This document shows, in pieces, positions 28,148 to 37,267 of a stretch of DNA of 64,000 bases. Under the pieces are notes generated by a model. It was given only the letters and a program-made list of their open reading frames with translations, was not told where the DNA came from and did no database searches. Source of the DNA: a virus (Duplodnaviria > Caudoviricetes); IMG/VR virus record IMGVR_UViG_3300028624_000003, positions 128,001-192,000 of that record; one strand, 5' to 3'. Positions within the stretch are counted from its first letter, which is position 1, and the number at the start of each line of letters is the position of its first letter. A program made the translations under genes and the position numbers.

Positions 28148-28927
28148 ATGGAACGTAAATATCTGTGGGGCTGTCTAGGTGGCATGTACCTGCATATATC
28201 TGAACGCATGGACGAAGTCACCGATTCTGTGGCCATGTATACCACAGATCACCCACGAATCGATGCGCTGATGATAACGAGAGCAGGAGAGGTCACGACT
28301 GTAAACGTAAGTTCAAACATACGTGACATGGTCGAAGACGTCTTACTCAGTGGTCGTACAGACCAATTGATTCATAGCCAATTTACTAACAGAACGGGAG
28401 AAGTGGAAAACGTCGAGTTTATTGTCCGAGACCGTAAGCTTCACATCGTACTGAATGGGGTAACACTCATTTCGTTCGACCTCATGTATACCACAATCTC
28501 AGGACGTAACAGATTGGTCGGTAATCGCGGAGACTACGCAGCCATCACAATGTCGTGTGTCGAAGCTACCGCAGCAGCGATGACTGCAGGGTGCGGTGGT
28601 AGAATACAGTCCAGAGTATTCCGGATATTTCCAGAGTTTGTGGATGAGATAGGCATCAGCTATCTCGACATCTGGAATCTGGATGAAGATACGAAATGGT
28701 CGTACTACCCGAAAGCAAATTTCAATGACATGTACGGCCAAGAGTTGAAAGAAGCCATCGAAGACACGGTACACGACCCGAGACTGTTGGTTGTAGCCAT
28801 AGGGCCTTCATCAGCATGTCCCCTGATTGAGCTGACCGGTGTAAATTATACGGAGCTATATCGGACGACCATGTCAAACATCATTCATCTGGAACGAGCG
28901 TTCCGGGTGGGTATATTCAAACCATAA
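28148..28927 (+). CDS. Hypothetical protein
   Basis: GGAGG RBS before ATG 28148. Confidence 0.75.
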   Translation: MERKYLWGCLGGMYLHISERMDEVTDSVAMYTTDHPRIDALMITRAGEVTTVNVSSNIRDMVEDVLLSGRTDQLIHSQFTNRTGEVENVEFIVRDRKLHIVLNGVTLISFDLMYTTISGRNRLVGNRGDYAAITMSCVEATAAAMTAGCGGRIQSRVFRIFPEFVDEIGISYLDIWNLDEDTKWSYYPKANFNDMYGQELKEAIEDTVHDPRLLVVAIGPSSACPLIELTGVNYTELYRTTMSNIIHLERAFRVGIFKP

Positions 28928-28933
28928 CTACGG

Positions 28934-28965
28934 CGAGTGGAGGAGAGAATACCTCCACTCGTTTT
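28934..28965 (+). terminator. Intrinsic terminator
   Basis: CGAGTGGAGG...CCTCCACTCG followed by TTTT. Confidence 0.75.
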
Positions 28966-29077
28966 AAATCTAAAAGGATGAACAAATGCAAACGATCCCT
29001 ATTGACATCGAAGTACTCGGCAAAGAAATCACACGACAAGTACAACAACATCCTGAACTCAATACAAAAAAGAGACA

Positions 29078-29893
29078 ATGGATGTGAGTAATACAGAAGG
29101 AGCATTGTTCGTACAAAATGGAGATACTTCGATCATGCTGTCACTGATATGCAAAGAAAGTAATGATCTGTACAAAGAACCAATCACGATACCTAACGGT
29201 ACTGTGGCCGTGTTTACTGACGGGAAGATGGCTGTTGTCATAAATCGTACGCTACTCACGGTATTGCAGACTATCGTAACAGAAGCTGAGCATGCGTTAA
29301 TCGAAGATGTCGAACTCGTATTAGATCCACATAAGGCTGAAGAAGTACTGACCGTGTTTGGTGTACTCGCACATGAACTTGGACACGTTCTTTCAGGACG
29401 CCCGACCAAGGACAACATGTCTCCTATTGATAACTGGAGCGACATGTGCGAAGATGAAACCATGGATGACTACCACCGCAGACTCGCTACAGAAATATCG
29501 AACGGTAGGTATCTAGAAATAGAACATGAAGCAGACGTATTTGCAGCAGCACTACTTCGCAGTAAGTATCCGCTGTACCGAGGTCACTTTGAGTTTCTTC
29601 ACCGAAAGTACTTACTAATCGATGCGTATTTTTGCAAGATCAATCAGATCCGAGCTCTGCGAGATGCTAACACACCCAAATACGCAAAGGTGACGTATAA
29701 CGGCAAGACTATTGAAGGTGATCCCAATACATTTACCTGGGGAATATGTCTTGTGAAAGAGACCGAAACGGAGCTCAAGTTCTTCAATCTGTCCTGTAGT
29801 GGGGATGAGGTGACTATCACTCTGATTAGTACGCTGGATAAATCGAAACTCAAACTCAATGAAAAGGATGAAGGTGAATCACATGCTGCGTAA
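29078..29893 (+). CDS. HExxH zinc-metallopeptidase-like protein (true start may be 28986 via a frameshift)
   Basis: LAHELGHVL...EHEADVFA, M48/ImmA-like arrangement. Confidence 0.75.
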   Translation: MDVSNTEGALFVQNGDTSIMLSLICKESNDLYKEPITIPNGTVAVFTDGKMAVVINRTLLTVLQTIVTEAEHALIEDVELVLDPHKAEEVLTVFGVLAHELGHVLSGRPTKDNMSPIDNWSDMCEDETMDDYHRRLATEISNGRYLEIEHEADVFAAALLRSKYPLYRGHFEFLHRKYLLIDAYFCKINQIRALRDANTPKYAKVTYNGKTIEGDPNTFTWGICLVKETETELKFFNLSCSGDEVTITLISTLDKSKLKLNEKDEGESHAA

Positions 29894-30461
29894 AGTATAT
29901 ACCGTTCTGACGTGCATCGGGTGGGCTATTCGTACTACCATTCATGCCAGGATTTTGGAACCTCGGAAGTTGCACCTGCGTGAACTCTTGGTACAGTTAA
30001 TTGCACAATTTCAGTGCATTTACAAACTACGTACGGATGGACTCAGTTGCTACACTTGGCCAGAAGGTACCACTCCAGTAATACCTGCATGGTGGATATT
30101 TGCATCCGACATCGTGGTTTACTTGATATCCGGATACCGAGAAATTCCGTGTGCTGCAGTTCACAGTGTGCTGATTTATGACGACGAAAACAAACCGCAG
30201 TTTGTGGTGGCTATTTTTCTGAATACCGCAAATGCATGCGCACCACACGATCTCACGACAGCTCTAGTGTATCATGAATTGGGTCACGTATTAGGTGCCA
30301 CCGACAGTGAACTGGACGCCGATTCCTACGCAGCGGACAATGGATACGCAGAGCCGCTGTATCATTGGCTTAGATCTATTGACTACGTCAATAACAAAGA
30401 AAGGTGCGATGCTTTGTATGATAGAATGCAGCTAGAAAAGAATGTCACTCAAGAAAATTGA
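29859..30461 (+). CDS. Second HExxH zinc-metallopeptidase-like protein
   Basis: VYHELGHVLG...ELDADSYAA...R; start may be ATG 29883. Confidence 0.75.
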   Translation: MKRMKVNHMLRKVYTVLTCIGWAIRTTIHARILEPRKLHLRELLVQLIAQFQCIYKLRTDGLSCYTWPEGTTPVIPAWWIFASDIVVYLISGYREIPCAAVHSVLIYDDENKPQFVVAIFLNTANACAPHDLTTALVYHELGHVLGATDSELDADSYAADNGYAEPLYHWLRSIDYVNNKERCDALYDRMQLEKNVTQEN

Positions 30462-30465
30462 GGTA

Positions 30466-30481
30466 TACATTACTTTCATGA
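30466..30481 (+). promoter_or_regulatory. Early promoter motif
   Basis: TACATTAC tttca TGA. Confidence 0.75.
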
Positions 30482-30511
30482 TGTACCCTACTCAAACAAA
30501 GGAGTTCGTTC

Positions 30512-30649
30512 ATGCCCGGATACCGTAAGCACAGTTGGCTAAAGCCATACCTCGCTCTGATCATCGTGATTTCGGTCTTGGTTGGTTGGGGGCAGTGGTA
30601 TGTCGCTTACCAGCCTTCCTCAATCATTTACGATCGAGTTCAGAGGTAG
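30512..30649 (+). CDS. Small membrane peptide (45 aa; not in the ORF track)
   Basis: AAAGGAG RBS; MPGYRKHSWLKPYLALIIVISVLVGWGQWYVAYQPSSIIYDRVQR. Confidence 0.7.
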   Translation: MPGYRKHSWLKPYLALIIVISVLVGWGQWYVAYQPSSIIYDRVQR

Positions 30650-30691
30650 TAGCAAAAATCTCCAATTTAACCGTTCGTAAGGAGTTACGAA

Positions 30692-30952
30692 ATGTCAAGT
30701 AAAGTTATCAAACACCTCGTGGCGATGATGGAAGACCCTACCACGACACGTGAGGATCTCAGACTCCTCAATGAACAAATCAGCAAAGGTTGGGCGCAAA
30801 ATAAGCAGCGCCCGAATGAAATATATACGAGGCCTACCAAAAAGGCCAAAAAGATGGATGCCGATGAAGAGACCGAAGAACTCGGTCAGACCGAGTACTA
30901 TCGGTGCACGACACGCCAACCTCTCTTCGTTGAAGGGGGACTGCGTCAATAA
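30692..30952 (+). CDS. Hypothetical protein
   Basis: AAGGAG RBS, 86 aa. Confidence 0.7.
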   Translation: MSSKVIKHLVAMMEDPTTTREDLRLLNEQISKGWAQNKQRPNEIYTRPTKKAKKMDADEETEELGQTEYYRCTTRQPLFVEGGLRQ

Positions 30953-30956
30953 CACG

Positions 30957-30984
30957 AAAGGGACCTTCGGGTCCCTTTATTTTT
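30957..30984 (+). terminator. Intrinsic terminator
   Basis: AAAGGGACC-ttcg-GGTCCCTTT ATTTTT. Confidence 0.9.
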
Positions 30985-31009
30985 GTCACATCTGATCAGG
31001 AGAATTGTC

Positions 31010-31711
31010 ATGCAATTTGCAGAAAAAGTGCAACTATCTACAATTGACTACCCTCAACAAACATGCTCCGTGATTTATACTCTGGGGTGTAATCTGAGGT
31101 GCCCGTATTGCCACAACATCGGACTGGCCAAAGGTACTGAACCTTCCGTGGATCTAGATAAGATCATAAAGAAGCTCAAAAAGAATAGGAAAATCACGGA
31201 TTTCGTCTGCATCACAGGCGGAGAACCTACTTTGCAGAATGGGCTTGTACCATTCGTGAGATTCCTGAGAGACGAAGGATTCTTCGTCAAGCTGGATACC
31301 AACGGAACCCGTAGCGATATTCTCAAAATGCTACTGGACCAAAATCTCCTGACTTACGTGGCGATGGATATCAAATTCCACAGCAATGAGCACGCACAGA
31401 ACTTCGGTACCAACGAGAAGTACTTGGAGCAAGTGTACAAGTCGATCAAACTACTCTATGAAAGCTCATGTCAATTCGAGTTACGTACGACTCCGATCCG
31501 AGATGTCAACAGCATGGAGTTCTTCTCCACCGTCAGCAAGCTGGTCGATTCTTTGGCAAAGGAGTATCGTCACTATGCTCCGTGGTACATCAATACCACA
31601 AAGCCTGCGTATAACGTAGACGAGCGCGATATTCTGAGCGAAGATGACCTCAACAAGATGATCGATTCCACTAACAGCAAATGCACCGGTGTTAGAATCA
31701 CCGTACGGTAA
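31010..31711 (+). CDS. nrdG: Anaerobic RNR activating radical-SAM enzyme
   Basis: IDYP, GCNLRCPYCHN (CxxxCxxC), ITGGEPTL, KLDTNG, VAMDIK, ELRTT; AGGAG RBS before ATG 31010. Confidence 0.92.
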   Translation: MQFAEKVQLSTIDYPQQTCSVIYTLGCNLRCPYCHNIGLAKGTEPSVDLDKIIKKLKKNRKITDFVCITGGEPTLQNGLVPFVRFLRDEGFFVKLDTNGTRSDILKMLLDQNLLTYVAMDIKFHSNEHAQNFGTNEKYLEQVYKSIKLLYESSCQFELRTTPIRDVNSMEFFSTVSKLVDSLAKEYRHYAPWYINTTKPAYNVDERDILSEDDLNKMIDSTNSKCTGVRITVR

Positions 31712-31808
31712 TAAAGATGCGGAGATGGGTAAAACACCATCTCCGTGTCTATTTGCACAAATGTGCAACTATATTACAGACCCTGCTCGTTCGTCGGTAA
31801 TTGAAATA

Positions 31809-31824
31809 TACATTACTAACATGA
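31809..31824 (+). promoter_or_regulatory. Early promoter motif
   Basis: TACATTAC taaca TGA (a second TATATTAC at 31770 lacks the TG). Confidence 0.7.
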
Positions 31825-31857
31825 CGAGCCTCATTAACTTTAACAGGAGGATAGGGT

Positions 31858-32511
31858 ATGCTTTGGAGTAACTTCATCACCGCAATCGTGACTGCTGTAA
31901 TGATCTTTCTTTCTCCTTCGGAAGGAAATGTTGCAGTGCGTCATGAAGCTACGGCAGATGCAGCTACTCGTACAGAATTTCGTGCACCCATATCGCGCAC
32001 GGTGGTTACAGTTGAATCGGCAGAAAAGTACGAGACTGCCAAGCTCATCCGCGAGACAGCGGAAATCATCAAGCTTCACGAAGGCTTCTCAGCTAAACCT
32101 TATCTTTGTACTTCAGGTCAGTGGACCCAAGGATATGGTAGAAAAGTAGAAGGTCCTCGTCGAGCGAATGTAGGACCTAAGCAAGCACATGCCTGGCTGA
32201 TAAAGGATCTCAATGAGATCGTAGACCAGCTAGATGCTGAACTCCCTTGGTGGAGAAACTTGTCACCTGTAAGACAGCAGGTGATTATGAATCTGGTGTA
32301 CAACTTGGGATCGTCGGGGATCTACAAGTTCAAGAACTTTCTGGCTGCCACAGAAAAAGGTAAGTTCACGAAAGCGGCACGCGAGATTCTTTATAGTGGA
32401 GCAAAGAAGACGAAATACTGGAAGCAAGTCGGTGACCGTGCGGTACATCTAGCGGAAGCGATGCGCACAGGGTCATGGACAGACGAACAGGGTAACCTGA
32501 TCTACACGTAA
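31858..32511 (+). CDS. T4-type (GH24) lysozyme/endolysin with N-terminal signal or SAR segment
   Basis: IKLHEG....PYLCTSGQWTQGYGR, VIMNLVYNLG, YWKQVGDRA..LA..MRTG; hydrophobic N-terminus. Confidence 0.85.
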   Translation: MLWSNFITAIVTAVMIFLSPSEGNVAVRHEATADAATRTEFRAPISRTVVTVESAEKYETAKLIRETAEIIKLHEGFSAKPYLCTSGQWTQGYGRKVEGPRRANVGPKQAHAWLIKDLNEIVDQLDAELPWWRNLSPVRQQVIMNLVYNLGSSGIYKFKNFLAATEKGKFTKAAREILYSGAKKTKYWKQVGDRAVHLAEAMRTGSWTDEQGNLIYT

Positions 32512-32538
32512 AATCCATCGGGATATGGAGAAAGAAGT

Positions 32539-33213
32539 ATGCGAGCCAACTGTGAAGTGATCCGTGATGAAGAAGGTAACGTCATTATACCAGCCGACGC
32601 TGTAAAATTCTTAGACATCGCAAGACGCATGAAGTTGACTCTCGTGGTAGCATCGAAGGTGTTTGCACCTATGTGCATAACTCCGGACCACATACTGGAT
32701 GGAATTCCAGAACTGACGACTATTCCCAAACGTGGTGCGGGGATATTCTTTCACATGAAAAGTGCTAACCCGTTGAACTGGTATGTCGATGCTAAATGTG
32801 TCGACCTCATGCTGTACAGGTGGCACTTCATGAATCCGTGCGCAAAAGCCAATATACTCAAAATAGACAAGAAAGTCAGAGAAACCGTGCGTCGAGAGGA
32901 TTTACGTGAAATTCTCCGTCCCCAATTGGGACACCTCATCGACATCGAAGGGACTCTCGGAACCATGAAGAAATTCGCAAGTGCTGAAGGATACTTACGC
33001 TACTCCATCAGAATAAATGATGTGAAGCGATTATCCGGCGAATTTCTAACAGCGCATCTGCATACTCAGGTAGATGTAGATACGTATGGTAGTTGTATGG
33101 CTTGGGGAATGGGTACAAAAGTCAAGGTACTCGGCCGTGTGATGGAGTATCAGGATACTCTCACTGGCGACACCAAGTATACAATTGAGAAAGTCCAGCT
33201 CGAACGAATGTAA
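32539..33213 (+). CDS. Hypothetical protein (possible C-terminal OB-like fold)
   Basis: GGAG RBS, 224 aa. Confidence 0.7.
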   Translation: MRANCEVIRDEEGNVIIPADAVKFLDIARRMKLTLVVASKVFAPMCITPDHILDGIPELTTIPKRGAGIFFHMKSANPLNWYVDAKCVDLMLYRWHFMNPCAKANILKIDKKVRETVRREDLREILRPQLGHLIDIEGTLGTMKKFASAEGYLRYSIRINDVKRLSGEFLTAHLHTQVDVDTYGSCMAWGMGTKVKVLGRVMEYQDTLTGDTKYTIEKVQLERM

Positions 33214-33222
33214 GAAATTTAA

Positions 33223-33257
33223 GAGAGGAGGGACTCCCACAAGGGGTCCCTCCTCTC
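33223..33257 (+). terminator. Hairpin/terminator
   Basis: GAGAGGAGGGAC.CCC-acaa-GGGGTCCCTCCTCTC. Confidence 0.75.
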
Positions 33258-33330
33258 GTGATGGTGATTATTTTTTTTTCGTTAATTTTATGCGTCCAGA
33301 TAGTTATCACTAGTATATAAGGAGAATCCC

Positions 33331-34662
33331 ATGATTTACGGATTCGTAGGTGATACTCTCTTCAAGCAGTTTTCAGCTGTGGAGAGTGGTGATGCAGGAT
33401 TGCCTCCTGTGTGTTATCTCGATGACACCATTGAGAACTATTTCGAACAACGTCTCACTGTAACAGATACACGGGAAACCCGACTCAATCCCAATCTTAA
33501 AGGTACAATAAGGTTGTACTTTGACGCGGCTAAATTGGGGGAAGACCATTTATTTTTGCATCTTCCTGAGGAAGAAAGACATCTTCTCTTCAAGCTCGTC
33601 GAGAAACTCTATACTGCAGAAAGTACTGCACTTGAAGTACTCGAAGAAGATCTGACGACAGATCCTCAGTACAGTGTAGTGTACATTCGTGAATCTCTTC
33701 GTCTCGGTACGAAATTCACGGGTACTGGACTTGCAGCAGATGTTCTTGGTCCTAAGACCATGCGAGATTACATTCAGTTCGAAATCAATCTCTCGGTAGG
33801 GAGAGTAGAATTCAAACTCTGGATGAGTCGTGTGATGTTTGCTGCAGACTATCCGCTGTCCACAATCTCGCGAGTGGCGTTCCCGTGCGAAGCCGGTATC
33901 CTCTTGAATCCCAGAAAAGTAGCCACGGTAGTAGACGCAATCATCCAGAGTACCAAGTTCAGCTTTATCTCGCTAGAGGACGAAGTACGTCTCGGTGACC
34001 ACAGTGGGCTGCTTGTCTATGAGACCAAGTACGTCATCAATTCGAATACAGTCAAGATGATGCCATTTGGTATCTTGTACAAGGGTGCAAAACCCGGCAC
34101 ACTGGAAATACGCAAAGCCATTCGGGATAAACTCCTTTCCACAGGACTCGCAGATAAATCGGTATGGGAAAACATTCTGCCGGACTTGTTTGTGGTGGGA
34201 CAATTCTTCATTGCTCCTATCTGGAACAACACGGTAGTGCGTCCGGAACGATCCATATTCCCTTCGATTCTCAAACTTGCCAGTATCGGTAACGTGTACA
34301 GGTCACTATTCCCGAACTTCGATCCGGAATACATCGCAGACAAACAGGAAATGCTCACGTGCGCACATAGTGAAATTTTCCTCTTGTGTCTGGCTGATCC
34401 ATCAAACGAGACCGCGTTCAGTATCCGTGCTCTTCATCCTACGTATCAGTTACATTCCCCGCAGAACTCGAATTACAACTACATGGAACGGAAGACGCGT
34501 GAATTCAGTCTGAGGCTCAACCGGTGCATGGGAGTTCTCATGGGAGAAAACGTACTGGACGAATTTGTCGAAAATATATTCGACAATCGTACGTATCTGT
34601 CTTTCGTAAGTGGTGGTATCGAGTATCACGTACTGACGAAGGACAGCTATCCTCAAAACTGA
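33331..34662 (+). CDS. Probable virion structural (tail/baseplate) protein
   Basis: 443 aa, AAGGAG RBS; W..ILPDLF....F.IAP.W segment recalls phiKZ-like tail proteins; sits in a tail gene cluster. Confidence 0.55.
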   Translation: MIYGFVGDTLFKQFSAVESGDAGLPPVCYLDDTIENYFEQRLTVTDTRETRLNPNLKGTIRLYFDAAKLGEDHLFLHLPEEERHLLFKLVEKLYTAESTALEVLEEDLTTDPQYSVVYIRESLRLGTKFTGTGLAADVLGPKTMRDYIQFEINLSVGRVEFKLWMSRVMFAADYPLSTISRVAFPCEAGILLNPRKVATVVDAIIQSTKFSFISLEDEVRLGDHSGLLVYETKYVINSNTVKMMPFGILYKGAKPGTLEIRKAIRDKLLSTGLADKSVWENILPDLFVVGQFFIAPIWNNTVVRPERSIFPSILKLASIGNVYRSLFPNFDPEYIADKQEMLTCAHSEIFLLCLADPSNETAFSIRALHPTYQLHSPQNSNYNYMERKTREFSLRLNRCMGVLMGENVLDEFVENIFDNRTYLSFVSGGIEYHVLTKDSYPQN

Positions 34663-34680
34663 TCTAGGGGAATGTAAACC

Positions 34681-35325
34681 ATGGAAACACCGAAGAGCAC
34701 CAAAATACTGTACTGCTGGAACTCGGTATATCCCAATGAACTCATGGGCGAAGTAGAAGTCCCTGAGAACATGGACCCAGCAGAATGTCAGACGAGCGAG
34801 ATTCCTCCCGAACACCGGGAAGGATTTGCAATTTGCAGAGATTGTCTTCGGAATACATGGGTGTACCAGCCAGACCATCGCGGAAAGGTTTACTGGACAC
34901 CTGACATGACCTGGAAAGATTCTGGGATTCCTGTATCTCTTCCTGGACCGATTCCTGAAGAATACACCTTCACTGCACCCGAGAAACCGATGTGTGTCCT
35001 TCGAGATGAAATCTCGAAACAGATTACGGACAAAAGAGTGCAGATGATGAATCAAGGTCTGACGATCGATGACGTGTGCTACGATACTGACCGAGCTGCA
35101 CAGATTCGCTACCTTGGGTTCATTGAGGCGCACAAGCATGACTCGGACTACAGGGTGGACTGGCTTACCACACAGGGTACTTGGGTACCAATGACTGTGG
35201 ACAAGTGCAGAAAGATCCACCGAGAAATCCAGAGATACATCGAGCAGTGCTTCCAGTGGGAGTACAAGAAACAAGAAGAGCTTCGAAATACTCCGAACGA
35301 AAAGCTTCAGCAATTCCGCGTCTAG
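34681..35325 (+). CDS. Tail-fibre assembly chaperone-like protein with DUF4376-like C-terminus
   Basis: W...PDHRG..YW motif of Tfa proteins; YDTD..AQ...DW.T..G.WV.MT; precedes a Gly-rich gene. Confidence 0.7.
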   Translation: METPKSTKILYCWNSVYPNELMGEVEVPENMDPAECQTSEIPPEHREGFAICRDCLRNTWVYQPDHRGKVYWTPDMTWKDSGIPVSLPGPIPEEYTFTAPEKPMCVLRDEISKQITDKRVQMMNQGLTIDDVCYDTDRAAQIRYLGFIEAHKHDSDYRVDWLTTQGTWVPMTVDKCRKIHREIQRYIEQCFQWEYKKQEELRNTPNEKLQQFRV

Positions 35326-35333
35326 TCACGCAA

Positions 35334-35361
35334 GTAGAGAGGGAGTAAAATCCCTCTCTAC
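35334..35361 (+). terminator. Hairpin/terminator
   Basis: GTAGAGAGGGA-gtaaaa-TCCCTCTCTAC. Confidence 0.7.
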
Positions 35362-35441
35362 CTTGAAATTTTATGTGCACTTAAATAAACAAATTGCAGC
35401 GTACTGAAATCTCTGCGTACCTTAAACTGAAGAGGACTGTT

Positions 35442-36506
35442 ATGGGCATCGTCTTTCACCTTCCAGACGCTGGACGTATTCTTCATCAGAAGTTCATCCC
35501 TCTTACTGCAGAGAGTATGTTTCAGTTCAACCTGAATCCTACTCAGGATTTCATGACCAACGGTGTCGTGACAAACGATGAATTCGTGTCCACGGTGGAT
35601 AGTCCTCCGGTGGTGAAGTCATTCCGGAATATGACCATCCAAGCTGGTCATACAGTACGACCTACGAACAGATGCAAAGGGATGTATCTGTACATCGCAG
35701 GAGATCTCACAATCAACGGTACTCTTTCTATGACACTCCGCGGAGCAAAGGGTCCCGGCAAGTACGTAGGTATGGATGCCAAGAATGGGCGTATCTACTA
35801 CCATCCGACGGATATCTTTACGTCTGTTGGACTACCGTTCATTACTCCCAATGGTGGTGCGATCACTGCGTATCCTCCCTACGACTATTGTGTCGATGGT
35901 AACCCCGGCACTGGCGGAGCGTGTGGTGGTGGTGGATCTGGTGGCAGGCATGCTGTACAGCCTGGAACAGCTAACGCTGGTCGCGGTGGTAATGGTACAT
36001 CGTTCTCGGGTGGTGCAGGCGGTGGTGGTGTATCTGTAAGAGGTGGTGCTACTACTTCAGGTACGGATGGCGAAGCCGACGGTGGTGCTGGTGGTATCGG
36101 TTACGGGCATAACCCTTCGCCGTATGTTAAGTCCGGTGGTGGCGGTGCTGGTAACCCAGGTGGCGCAGGACGTGGTAACGGTGGAGGATATGGACCCGGT
36201 GCTTCTGGTACCGGTGGACTCATCATTCTGATCGTCAAAGGAAAGATCATTTTCGGTCCGAATGGAAAGATTGAAGCCGCGGGTGGTGCTGGTGGATACG
36301 CACAGCCTAGCTGGACTTGGAATATGGCTTGGGGTTCTGGCGGTGGTGGTTCTGGCGGTGGTGCAATCCATTTGTTCACTGACCAGACGCTTACCACGGC
36401 AGATCAAGCTAAACTTCTCGTTCCCGGTGGGTTGGGTTACGTATCCGACGTACGTGGTGGTAATGGTGGAGCTGGATCCAAGATTATTCGTACCATTCCG
36501 AAATAA
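35442..36506 (+). CDS. Glycine-rich tail/adhesin-like protein, paralog 2
   Basis: GAGGA RBS before ATG 35442; same architecture as the genes at 12108 and 44007. Confidence 0.75.
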   Translation: MGIVFHLPDAGRILHQKFIPLTAESMFQFNLNPTQDFMTNGVVTNDEFVSTVDSPPVVKSFRNMTIQAGHTVRPTNRCKGMYLYIAGDLTINGTLSMTLRGAKGPGKYVGMDAKNGRIYYHPTDIFTSVGLPFITPNGGAITAYPPYDYCVDGNPGTGGACGGGGSGGRHAVQPGTANAGRGGNGTSFSGGAGGGGVSVRGGATTSGTDGEADGGAGGIGYGHNPSPYVKSGGGGAGNPGGAGRGNGGGYGPGASGTGGLIILIVKGKIIFGPNGKIEAAGGAGGYAQPSWTWNMAWGSGGGGSGGGAIHLFTDQTLTTADQAKLLVPGGLGYVSDVRGGNGGAGSKIIRTIPK

Positions 36507-36512
36507 CTACAT

Positions 36513-36545
36513 CTCTAGTAGGGAGCATCTGGCTCCCTACTAGAG
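36513..36545 (+). terminator. Hairpin/terminator
   Basis: CTCTAGTAGGGAGC-atctg-GCTCCCTACTAGAG. Confidence 0.7.
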
Positions 36546-36637
36546 TCAGTTAAAGTGAACGACACTCCTCTAAATATATGGGTAAATTTGAGCATTTCTG
36601 ACATTCTATGTGTCCACGACTATGGAGGATACTTACA

Positions 36638-37252
36638 ATGCAATTGACTGTAGGATGGGCTTATCGATTTCGATTCAAGCCAGACTTTTCCAAACTGGAT
36701 GGAACCTACCTAGTCGTTAAGATCTACACTTACGACGAATTGCTCGAGGATAACCTCGATCTGTTCGAAGGTCTTTACACTCATGTAGGAAAGACACAAG
36801 TCCAATTAGATGAAGACTACTTACAGTACCGTAATGGCAGTATCGCTAAGATCACGAATCCGGACGATTCTTCCATCGTGTACTACATACCTGAAGCGAT
36901 CCTTTCGGTAGAACCTGATCCGAATGTAAAACGATACCCTAAGCTGGCTATAGGCATAAACCTTGGGGTTTGTAAGGATGCGGCGGAAGTAGAGCACATC
37001 AAGAACACTGCTACCGAATTACTCGGAAAGATGTTCGGACTGGTCGACGACCCTGCAGTATTTTCTGTTTCTTCTGTATGGATGACTGAAGAAGAGTATT
37101 CACAAGTTCTACAGGATAGACAGCATGCGGGTCGTGAGATAGTCAACTATTTTGGCGAAAATCAGCGTCTATTGGCTGAAGTAAATCGACTGAGTGTCAT
37201 GGTCGAGAAATATAAAGAATACATCAAAACAATAGCATCGGCGAAGCCGTAG
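36638..37252 (+). CDS. Conserved jumbo-phage hypothetical (probably virion) protein with C-terminal coiled coil
   Basis: GGAGG RBS before ATG 36638. Confidence 0.65.
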   Translation: MQLTVGWAYRFRFKPDFSKLDGTYLVVKIYTYDELLEDNLDLFEGLYTHVGKTQVQLDEDYLQYRNGSIAKITNPDDSSIVYYIPEAILSVEPDPNVKRYPKLAIGINLGVCKDAAEVEHIKNTATELLGKMFGLVDDPAVFSVSSVWMTEEEYSQVLQDRQHAGREIVNYFGENQRLLAEVNRLSVMVEKYKEYIKTIASAKP

Positions 37253-37267
37253 CATGAGGAGTAGAGG

